Part shown: positions 1-7,117 of the stretch, piece after piece
Position numbering within the stretch: position 1 is the first letter of the stretch
Layout: every line of letters begins with the position of its first letter
Virus record (IMG/VR): IMGVR_UViG_2706795104_000001
Coordinates: 32,001 to 96,000 of that record
Direction: 5' to 3' (one strand)
DNA: 64,000 nucleotides
From: an uncultured virus (IMG/VR IMGVR_UViG_2706795104_000001)
Taxonomy: Duplodnaviria; Heunggongvirae; Uroviricota; Caudoviricetes; Herelleviridae
Program-made: the position numbers and the translations under genes
The notes under the pieces: model-generated
Database searches by the model: none
The model's input: the letters and a program-made list of their open reading frames with translations, nothing else
What the model was told of the DNA's origin: nothing

Positions 1-6
1 AGTTTC

Positions 7-80
7 CAGTGTGTGGTGAAGTGGCTTAACACGGACGACTGTGGATCGTTCATTCGCAGGTTCGAATCCTGTCATGCTGA
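7..80 (+). tRNA. tRNA-His(GTG), atypical (no G-1/C73, no encoded CCA)
   Basis: Acceptor CAGTGTG/CATGCTG; anticodon arm GACGA-CTGTGGA-TCGTT; T arm GCAGG-TTCGAAT-CCTGT. Confidence 0.85.
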
Positions 81-176
81 TACTTCAATTGATTCCTCCT
101 ACAGGGATGCGTCCTGAGTAGGTTAAAACTTTTAGGTGCTGAAGTCACTGGGTTATAGGTACCTAGCTCTTATTAC

Positions 177-249
177 GTGGATATAGGCTAGTTGGTCAGT
201 CACTCCGTTTGGGGCGGAGGTCACGCAGGTTCGACTCCTGCTATCCGCA
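177..249 (+). tRNA. tRNA-Pro(TGG), no encoded CCA
   Basis: Acceptor GTGGATA/TATCCGC; anticodon arm CTCCG-TTTGGGG-CGGAG; T arm GCAGG-TTCGACT-CCTGC. Confidence 0.9.
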
Positions 250-350
250 TTTTGTTTATGTTTAGGTTTTTCACGTAGGGTGTTCATCATTAGGAGAAAT
301 ATAATTTGGGGGATGAACGTTTGATATGGGCTGGCAACCTTACACAATAT

Positions 351-425
351 GGATAGATAGCTGAGATGGATTAGCGAGTGGTTGAAACCCACTAGAGGTT
401 GGATCGTTACCAACTCTGTCCACCA
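351..425 (+). tRNA. tRNA-Phe(GAA) with non-canonical T loop
   Basis: Acceptor GGATAGA/TCTGTCC then ACCA; anticodon arm AGTGG-TTGAAAC-CCACT; T arm GTTGG-ATCGTTA-CCAAC. Confidence 0.88.
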
Positions 426-431
426 AAATAT

Positions 432-514
432 GGGCGTGCAATCATTGGAGAGATAAGCTGACTGTAAATCAGTGGTCATTGACTGTGAAGGTTCGAATCC
501 TTCCATTCCCACCA
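432..514 (+). tRNA. tRNA-Tyr(GTA)
   Basis: Anticodon arm CTGA-CTGTAAA-TCAG; long variable arm; GAAGG-TTCGAAT-CCTTC; ends ACCA; one C.U mismatch in the acceptor stem. Confidence 0.88.
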
Positions 515-515
515 T

Positions 516-602
516 ATCGGAATGTTGGAATTGGTAGACATAACGGACTTAAAATCCGTTGCTCCTTGGGGCGTGAGGGTTCGAGTCCCTCTTCCGATAC
601 CA
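516..602 (+). tRNA. tRNA-Leu(TAA)
   Basis: Acceptor ATCGGAA/TTCCGAT then ACCA; ACGGA-CTTAAAA-TCCGT; long variable arm; GAGGG-TTCGAGT-CCCTC. Confidence 0.93.
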
Positions 603-603
603 T

Positions 604-678
604 ACTAGTGTAGCTCAGAGGTAGAGCAGTGTCTTGATAAGGCATTGGTCGTTGGTTCAATCCCAACCACTAGTACCA
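604..678 (+). tRNA. tRNA-Ile(GAT)
   Basis: Acceptor ACTAGTG/CACTAGT then ACCA; GTGTC-TTGATAA-GGCAT; GTTGG-TTCAATC-CCAAC. Confidence 0.93.
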
Positions 679-686
679 TTTAATAT

Positions 687-768
687 GTCGGAGTGTTGGA
701 ACTGGTATACATGCGGCACTTAGAATGCCGTGCCTTCGGGATTGAGGGTTCGACTCCCTCCTTCGACA
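687..768 (+). tRNA. tRNA-Leu(TAG), followed by TCA rather than CCA
   Basis: Acceptor GTCGGAG/CTTCGAC; CGGCA-CTTAGAA-TGCCG; GAGGG-TTCGACT-CCCTC. Confidence 0.92.
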
Positions 769-774
769 TCAAAT

Positions 775-826
775 GCAGAGTGCAATTAACGATTGTCTAT
801 GAGGTCGTTCCTCACATTCTGCTCCA
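775..826 (+). ncRNA. 52-nt tRNA-like mini RNA (acceptor stem, two hairpins, CCA end)
   Basis: GCAGAGTG/CATTCTGC 8-bp stem followed by TCCA; internal hairpins CAAT-TAACG-ATTG and TGAGG-TCGTT-CCTCA; spaced like the flanking tRNA genes. Confidence 0.6.
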
Positions 827-832
827 TATTAT

Positions 833-916
833 GGGGGAGAGAAACTTAAAGGCAAGAGGTAAGCCAGTGGTCTCCAAAACCACCGTTAAGAGGTTCGATT
901 CCTCCCTCCCCTGCCA
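833..916 (+). tRNA. tRNA-Trp(CCA) with extended acceptor-to-D-arm linker
   Basis: GTGGT-CTCCAAA-ACCAC; GAGG-TTCGATT-CCTC; acceptor GGGGGAG/CTCCCCT then GCCA; 11-nt linker at 840-850 instead of the usual 2 nt. Confidence 0.8.
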
Positions 917-921
917 AATAT

Positions 922-993
922 ACGGTTATAGCTCAGTGGTAGAGTGTGGGTCTCATAAGCCCAAGGTCGATGGTTCAATCCCATCTAACCGTA
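922..993 (+). tRNA. tRNA-Met(CAT) (Met versus Ile2 not resolved), no encoded CCA
   Basis: Acceptor ACGGTTA/TAACCGT; TGGGT-CTCATAA-GCCCA; GATGG-TTCAATC-CCATC. Confidence 0.9.
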
Positions 994-1039
994 TCGCTTT
1001 AGTGTGTTTAAAATTGATAATTTAATAGGGGGAATTGAA

Positions 1040-1669
1040 ATGGAAAAGATGTCAGTTCAACGTGGTTTAATGGAGTTAAAAACTTTAGGTAATCGTATCA
1101 CTCGTGCCACTCAACAACCTTTCGTATCTTTCTACGTAGGTGATAAGGGTGCTCCACAAGGATTCAAGACACCTGAAGAGTTCTCCGCATACGCTCAAGG
1201 TCGTTATGACTCTGCTACGGACTTAATTAAGCGCAGAAACGCAATTAAAGCTGCGATTATCCAGTCTAATGCAGTAACTAAGGTTACTGTAGCAGGAAAG
1301 TCAATGACAGTTGCAGAAGCAATTGACCGTAAGGACTCAATTGTTCACGAGAAAGTTCTCTTACAACAACTGCAATCGCAGTTCAGTGAGATTACTAGAC
1401 GTGTAGTTTCTCAACAACAAGTGTTAGACGCTCGAATTGATAAGGTTTTAGAAGAGGAAGGTGGCAAAGACCGTAAGGTTGATGACGCTGACCACGCTCG
1501 CATTGTAAAAAATGCAGAGTCTCGCTACAAACCAAATCTAGTTGATCCTATCGGTATCCGTAAAGTGATTGAACAGATGGAAGAAGACATTAGCTCATTC
1601 GAGTTAGATGTTGATGCTTCATTATCTGAAATCAACGCTCGTACGGACATCGAGTTCGAAGTGAAATAG
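1040..1669 (+). CDS. Helical protein resembling the DIP1984/septicolysin-like family
   Basis: SD AGGGGG before ATG 1040; internal two-fold repeat (MSVQRGLMELKTL...SNAVT and MTVAEAIDRKDSI...EINART); family assignment is from recall. Confidence 0.75.
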   Translation: MEKMSVQRGLMELKTLGNRITRATQQPFVSFYVGDKGAPQGFKTPEEFSAYAQGRYDSATDLIKRRNAIKAAIIQSNAVTKVTVAGKSMTVAEAIDRKDSIVHEKVLLQQLQSQFSEITRRVVSQQQVLDARIDKVLEEEGGKDRKVDDADHARIVKNAESRYKPNLVDPIGIRKVIEQMEEDISSFELDVDASLSEINARTDIEFEVK

Positions 1670-1703
1670 TAGGTTGACTCCCTCTCTTTGAGAGGGACAA
1701 GCC

Positions 1704-2057
1704 TTTGCTGACACACCGACACTTACCAACCAAATGCGTCCCTTACTAACGATATAGTGAGAAGATACTTTTGACAAATTCGTCAAAACTAAGCGATAGC
1801 CAAAATGGGGCTAATACATATATGGTACCTTCAGTGGAAGGAACAGGTGTAAGAAGCTCAAAGCTAATTGTTCAAAGGTTGACAAGTTAAAAGTTCTTAT
1901 GCGTTCAAAGGTAATAGTTGTACAGGTCAAAGAGGGCAAGATGAGTCTCCATGAATGAGAGACTAGCTCGTAAAGGTCGATAAAATCCACTGTAAAAAGG
2001 TTTGCGAGAGTTCATTTGTGGTCTCCGTAGGTGCCTGGTGGCTGGTGTGGTGGCAAA
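1704..2057 (+). ncRNA. Putative ~350-nt structured ncRNA with ~7-nt repeats and a possible pseudoknot
   Basis: Closing stem 1704-1718 with 2043-2057; several internal hairpins; CAGTGGA (1832) pairs with TCCACTG (1986); AAGNTNA-like repeats at 1854-1937; terminator follows. Confidence 0.75.
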
Positions 2058-2064
2058 TAGATGT

Positions 2065-2091
2065 AAGAGACCCTTCGGGGTCTTTTTTTTT
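2065..2091 (+). terminator. Intrinsic terminator
   Basis: AAGAGACCC-TTCG-GGGTCTT plus U tract. Confidence 0.95.
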
Positions 2092-2147
2092 CGTGTGTAG
2101 AAGTCCTATATTACATTGGTAAGACCAAATGTGAAAGGTGGGACTCT

Positions 2148-2987
2148 ATGTTACAAGTTAAATCATTTAGTGGAGCAACACACGCAGAACAGATTCAAAA
2201 TGCAATCAATGCCGCAAGTGTAAGCACAACAGACAAAACTGTACAACTAGAAGAGTTTAAAGACTACTACATCACTGCACCTATCATCGTTAAGAAGAAT
2301 GTTGAGTTACTGTTTGGTTACGGGACAAAGCTAGTTGTAGGTGGGAACGTACGTGTACTGGAACTAGAGACGAACGCATCCGTAACAAATCCGTACATCG
2401 CTATTGACGATCCGACATTCGATTCTGCGGTCTTCTACCTAGACGGTAAGAACAAGTTCTATAACACATGGAATAGAACATCTATTAAGAACGGTGTTAT
2501 TGTCAACTGGTCAGGTTCCTACAAAGGTGTGGGTATATCATGCTTCGCAGGTGGAACTGGTCACGAAGTATCATTCGTAAACTTCTTCGACATCAAGATT
2601 AGTGGTCTACGTAGAGGAATCGAATTAAGAGCAACAAAACCAACTACAGGTATGGCTTGGGTTAACGCAAACAGATTCAGAGACATCTCACTAGACGACT
2701 GCGTTGAAATGATTGTACTTGAATCATCTGAAACGATCCCAAATGAATGTAGTGGAAACATGTTCTTCGGACTTCAAATCCAACCTTCTGCTATGACAAC
2801 AACAGTACTACGAGTGAACGGGCAGCAGAACCGATTCGAGGGTATGCTTTGGGATACACACTTGATATCAACTCCTGGTGCATTCGTTCAATTTACGAAT
2901 ACAAGTTCATACAACAAGATAGATTTTAACGGATCGGTGCCGACTGCAAAAGTATCCGATGCAGGTGCATTCAATAAAGTACTTTAA
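2148..2987 (+). CDS. Pectate-lyase-like right-handed beta-helix protein (function unknown)
   Basis: N-terminal IQNAINAA...TVQL...YYITAPIIVKKNVELL pattern typical of pectate_lyase_3-like folds; TATATTA upstream. Confidence 0.6.
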   Translation: MLQVKSFSGATHAEQIQNAINAASVSTTDKTVQLEEFKDYYITAPIIVKKNVELLFGYGTKLVVGGNVRVLELETNASVTNPYIAIDDPTFDSAVFYLDGKNKFYNTWNRTSIKNGVIVNWSGSYKGVGISCFAGGTGHEVSFVNFFDIKISGLRRGIELRATKPTTGMAWVNANRFRDISLDDCVEMIVLESSETIPNECSGNMFFGLQIQPSAMTTTVLRVNGQQNRFEGMLWDTHLISTPGAFVQFTNTSSYNKIDFNGSVPTAKVSDAGAFNKVL

Positions 2988-3010
2988 GAACTCCTTAGTG
3001 AGTTCTTTTT
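2986..3010 (+). terminator. Intrinsic terminator
   Basis: AAGAACTC-CTTAGT-GAGTTCTT plus Ts. Confidence 0.85.
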
Positions 3011-3130
3011 CTTTTTGTAAAGGTCTCTAGCGAAGGTCGTATCTAACTACTGTGATATAATTAAGATACACGTTACGTACTTCGTATTTATCAAATTACG
3101 ACTATGTAGTCTTATATTATATCTAAGGGC

Positions 3131-3439
3131 GTGAGCTATGTGAGTTTATTCAGCAAAGACAATAAATGGAAGAAAGCGAAACAACTTCTGAACCATAACT
3201 ACACATGGTTAGAAGTCATTAGCTATTATAAGTCGCTAGGTGGTACCAATGTGTCCGTTTACTCTGTTATCGAAGGTGATAAACGGTTGATTGTAGATTT
3301 AACCGATGATGACCAAGTGCTTCTATTAAACAAGCATAACGAGTTAGTCAAGGATACTTATGATAACGTATTGAACAGTCGTAAAGTATTTGAGTACCAC
3401 GAAGACAACTCACGAAACCCCGTTGAATACAAAACATAA
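3131..3439 (+). CDS. Hypothetical protein upstream of portal
   Basis: 102-aa ORF, TATATTA at 3113, position directly before the portal gene. Confidence 0.75.
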   Translation: MSYVSLFSKDNKWKKAKQLLNHNYTWLEVISYYKSLGGTNVSVYSVIEGDKRLIVDLTDDDQVLLLNKHNELVKDTYDNVLNSRKVFEYHEDNSRNPVEYKT

Positions 3440-3465
3440 CTTGTAAATAAACTGAGGTGACATGG

Positions 3466-5139
3466 ATGAGTGTATTAGACTGGTTCAATCGTCAAGGTAG
3501 TGATACGCCACCTGAGAGTATCAGAAAAGTAGACGACAATTTTCTACTGGCTATCAAACACTTAGAAGATGAACAGATACAGAAAAGTAAATCAGGCGGC
3601 CAAGGTAGAGCCAAAGCATACGAGGAACCTCTTTTAGGTAGTATGTCGATGAACCCTGATTACAAAGAAGCTCCTTCTTCAAGAGGGAATCATAACTTAC
3701 TAGAGACATTGAAATTATGGTCTAGAAAGAACATTATTCTTAATGCAATTATTAATACTCGTGTAAACCAAGTATCATTATTCTGTACTCCTGCTAGACA
3801 TAGTGATAGGGGGATCGGATATGAGGTTCGTTTAAAGAACCCGTTAGACAAACCGACATCACATGATATTGCACGTATGGAACGTATTGAAGACTTCCTA
3901 CAGCATACAGGTAAGAGTCATGGTGACTTCACGAGAGACAACCTACGTTCGTTCGTAAAGAAACTCGTTCGAGACCGACTGGTATATGACAAGATTAACT
4001 TCGAACTTATCTATGATACAAAAGGTGAGCTAAACCGATTTAAAGCGGTCGATGCATCTACCATTTATGTAGCAGTAGACGAGAAAGGTCATGAACCAAA
4101 AGGAAAGAATGTTGCCAAGTACGTACAGATTTTAGAACGTAGAAAAGTAGCAGAATTTAAAGCAAACGAGATGGCTTGGGAGGTTCACAACCCGAGAACC
4201 GACATTACAGTTGGCCGCTATGGGTACTCTGAGTTAGAGGTAGCAATGAACCACTTACAGTACCACGAGAATACAGAGCTATTTAATGCTCGTTACTTTG
4301 CACAAGGTGGTACGACAAGAGGTCTATTACATATCAAGACTGGTCAAGACCAATCTAACCAAGCGTTACAGGCATTTAGACGTGAATGGACCGCAATGTT
4401 CAGCGGGATCAACGGGGCTTGGAAAATTCCTGTTATCTCTGCCGAAGATGTTAAGTTCGTTAACATGACGCAATCATCAAGAGATATGGAGTTCGAGAAG
4501 TGGTTGAACTACTTAATTAACGTATGTTGCTCTATCTACGCTATCGACCCATCGGAGATTAACTTCCCGAATAGAGGTGGAGCTACAGGTAGTAGTGGTA
4601 ACACTCTAAATGAAGGTAGCACAAAAGAGAAACATCGTAGCTCGAAAGATAAAGGGTTAGAGCCTTTACTAAAGTTCATCGAAGATGCAATTAATAAATA
4701 CATCGTAAGTCAATTCGGGGATCGCTACCTATTTAGTTTCGTTGGTGGAGACGTACAAACAGAACGTGAGATTATCGAAATCTTAGCAGCTAAGGCAGAG
4801 ATTGGTCTTACAATTAATGATGTACGTAATGAGTTAGGACTACCACCTATCGAAGGTGGAGACATCATCTTAAACGGTGTACACGTACAACGTCTAGGTC
4901 AGTTAATGCAAGAAGAGATGATGAAACAACAAATGGCTATGACACCTAATGGACAAGTCCCAGGTAACAAAACACAGACTCCGAAAGAAGAGAAGTCCCA
5001 AGCAGAACAAAAAGGGATGAACGGTAATTCGGATAACGTTAACGGGAAAGGTACCCACAACAAAGGGGTAGGCAAAGATGGTCAGGTGAAAGGTGCGAAG
5101 AACGCTAACTCAGGAAAACAGGGCGGTAAAGGTAAATAA
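3466..5139 (+). CDS. Portal protein
   Basis: RYGYSELE, FAQGGTTRGLL, WKIPV, DMEFEKWLNYLIN, IDPSEINFPNRGG motifs of Twort/SPO1-like portals; SD GAGGTG. Confidence 0.95.
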   Translation: MSVLDWFNRQGSDTPPESIRKVDDNFLLAIKHLEDEQIQKSKSGGQGRAKAYEEPLLGSMSMNPDYKEAPSSRGNHNLLETLKLWSRKNIILNAIINTRVNQVSLFCTPARHSDRGIGYEVRLKNPLDKPTSHDIARMERIEDFLQHTGKSHGDFTRDNLRSFVKKLVRDRLVYDKINFELIYDTKGELNRFKAVDASTIYVAVDEKGHEPKGKNVAKYVQILERRKVAEFKANEMAWEVHNPRTDITVGRYGYSELEVAMNHLQYHENTELFNARYFAQGGTTRGLLHIKTGQDQSNQALQAFRREWTAMFSGINGAWKIPVISAEDVKFVNMTQSSRDMEFEKWLNYLINVCCSIYAIDPSEINFPNRGGATGSSGNTLNEGSTKEKHRSSKDKGLEPLLKFIEDAINKYIVSQFGDRYLFSFVGGDVQTEREIIEILAAKAEIGLTINDVRNELGLPPIEGGDIILNGVHVQRLGQLMQEEMMKQQMAMTPNGQVPGNKTQTPKEEKSQAEQKGMNGNSDNVNGKGTHNKGVGKDGQVKGAKNANSGKQGGKGK

Positions 5140-5160
5140 TCCTCAATAGAGTGGTACTTC

Positions 5161-5170
5161 TGTTATATTA
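5161..5170 (+). promoter_or_regulatory. Putative late promoter TGTTATATTA
   Basis: Identical 10-mer at 6971; TATATTA core recurs before late genes. Confidence 0.7.
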
Positions 5171-5242
5171 ATAGCATCAAAACGTGCTTGTAAGGTCGGT
5201 TTACTTTACAGGCACATACCACTTAGAGGGGAGGATACCTAG

Positions 5243-6046
5243 ATGCAAGCTGTTAACCCCATAACAGGTAAGGTTAATTTATTCGTGCCAATTGACCTTG
5301 ACGAATCTATCAGTAAAAGTAATGAAGACCCTAGCGGTAAAGCATGGTGCCTTAAAGGTTACGCTACAACGCCTGACCTTGACTTACAAGATGACATTAT
5401 TGATCCGAAGGGAATTGATATTAGTCATTTCATCACACACGGGTATCTAAACTATGAGCACTTCCAAGGTGAAGAGTACAAGGTTGGTGTTCCTACTGAA
5501 GGTACACATGTAGATGATGTCGGATTATTCGTAGAAGGTAAGTTATACAAAGATAATCCATATGCAAGAAGTATTTGGAATCTAGCGAACAGTATTCAGA
5601 AATCAGGTATTGATAGAAAGATTGGATTCTCTATCGAAGGTTTTGCTAAAGCTAGAGACAAAGCTGATCCACGGATTATTAAAAGTACATACATTACTAA
5701 CGTAGCAGTTACAACAAATCCTGCTAACCCTCACGCTACATGGGATGCTTTCATGAAGAGTTTCATGGTAGGTTACGCAATTACACCTGAGGAAAGTACA
5801 GGAGTTGCTGCTATTAGTCCTGATAGTCTAGCACGAAGCCTATACAATTTATCTTGGTCATTGAAAGAAGAAGATGAATCTAAGTTTAAGGATGTATGGG
5901 GAGAAGTTGGTAACTACTTAGATGCAATGGAAAGATACACACCTGAGAGCGCGATCCTATTCTTACAAATCTCAAAAGGATACTCAAGGGCAGAAGCTAA
6001 AGAGAAGTTAGAACAACTATCTCAACAAGCTAAACAAGATATTTAA
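5243..6046 (+). CDS. Prohead protease
   Basis: GYATTPDLDLQDD, GYLNYEH, GFSIEG, VAVTTNPANP; follows portal. Confidence 0.92.
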   Translation: MQAVNPITGKVNLFVPIDLDESISKSNEDPSGKAWCLKGYATTPDLDLQDDIIDPKGIDISHFITHGYLNYEHFQGEEYKVGVPTEGTHVDDVGLFVEGKLYKDNPYARSIWNLANSIQKSGIDRKIGFSIEGFAKARDKADPRIIKSTYITNVAVTTNPANPHATWDAFMKSFMVGYAITPEESTGVAAISPDSLARSLYNLSWSLKEEDESKFKDVWGEVGNYLDAMERYTPESAILFLQISKGYSRAEAKEKLEQLSQQAKQDI

Positions 6047-6065
6047 ACTGAAGGGAGTTTAACTA

Positions 6066-6953
6066 ATGAGTGCGAAACAAACTTTTGCTAAATTAACTGA
6101 AGACTTAGAACAATTAGAAAAGTCTGACAAAGAAAAAGAGGTTACAGTAGAGGAGCCGAAAGCACCTGTAACTGAACCTGAAGTGGTTGAACCTGCTAAA
6201 GAGGAACCAGTAGTGGAAGAACCTGTTAAAGAGGAAGAACCAAAAGAAGAACCTACTAAAGAGGAGCCAAAAGCTGAAGACGAAGAACCTACTAAAGCTG
6301 AGGATACTGAAGAAGTAGAGAAGTCCAAGAAAGATGAAAAGGACGAAGACAAGGAGAAAGAAAAATCTCCTAAAGACAAGAAAGACAAAGACAAGGATAA
6401 GGACAAGAAAGAGGATAAAGAGGAAGTTAAAAAATCCGAAGATTCTCTAGACAGTGCCGACATCGTTAAAGCGTTCGAAGCAGTTGTCAAGTCTAATGAT
6501 AGTCTTCAATCACGAGTAGAAGGACTTGAAAAATCATTAGCTACGATCCTAGAGTTCATCTCTAAATCAGAGGAAGTTACAGAAACTCCTGCGGAAGAAC
6601 CTACTACTGAAGAAGCAGAGGTTACAGAAGTAGAAGAAGAGGTAGAAAAATCTGTAGAGCAACCTGTGGAAGAGGAAGAAGAGTTAGAAGGTAAAGCGGT
6701 TGAGTTCGTTTCTAAATCTAACGGTGTTCCTGAAGTACAAGGTGAGCCAGTAGAAGAAGAGGTAGAAGTTAAACCATTCAACCCTCAAGAGCACGTAGAA
6801 GACATCAAACGTTATTACGAAGAGAAGTCTAGCGAACTATCACCAGGAGCTAAAGACAACTTACGTAGTGCCGTTCACCGTATAAAACGTGGACAATATA
6901 CTGCTAGTGATGCAAAACTTGCTGAACAAATCGTTAATTTTTACGAAAATTAA
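6066..6953 (+). CDS. Acidic low-complexity protein, putative scaffold
   Basis: E/K/P-rich; lies between protease and major capsid genes. Confidence 0.7.
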   Translation: MSAKQTFAKLTEDLEQLEKSDKEKEVTVEEPKAPVTEPEVVEPAKEEPVVEEPVKEEEPKEEPTKEEPKAEDEEPTKAEDTEEVEKSKKDEKDEDKEKEKSPKDKKDKDKDKDKKEDKEEVKKSEDSLDSADIVKAFEAVVKSNDSLQSRVEGLEKSLATILEFISKSEEVTETPAEEPTTEEAEVTEVEEEVEKSVEQPVEEEEELEGKAVEFVSKSNGVPEVQGEPVEEEVEVKPFNPQEHVEDIKRYYEEKSSELSPGAKDNLRSAVHRIKRGQYTASDAKLAEQIVNFYEN

Positions 6954-6970
6954 GAAAAGTCAGTATGAAG

Positions 6971-6980
6971 TGTTATATTA
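6971..6980 (+). promoter_or_regulatory. Putative late promoter TGTTATATTA (major capsid gene)
   Basis: Same motif as 5161; ~140 nt upstream of the capsid start. Confidence 0.7.
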
Positions 6981-7117
6981 ACAACATGAAAGCCGAATAG
7001 AGCTTTTAACATAGACGGGTTCCTCCTCCTAGCCCGTCTGTGTTTATCCTTTTAGGTGGACAAACATAGGTAACTATTAAACTAAAAATAGATAAAACGA
7101 GAAAGGAAGATACATAC

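Noticed and set aside
153-1025. ORFs 153-515(-), 469-666(-) and 693-1025(+)
   Set aside because: They overlap well-formed tRNA genes and are shadow ORFs.
1704-2057. Identifying the structured RNA as tmRNA, RNase P RNA, a group I intron or a CRISPR array
   Set aside because: It has no tRNA-like ends or tag ORF, no RNase P P4 consensus, does not interrupt a gene, and the repeats are ~7 nt and degenerate without spacers. An Rfam search is still needed.
6066-6953. EEP/KD low-complexity repeats
   Set aside because: Amino-acid-level low complexity in a scaffold-like protein, not a DNA repeat element.
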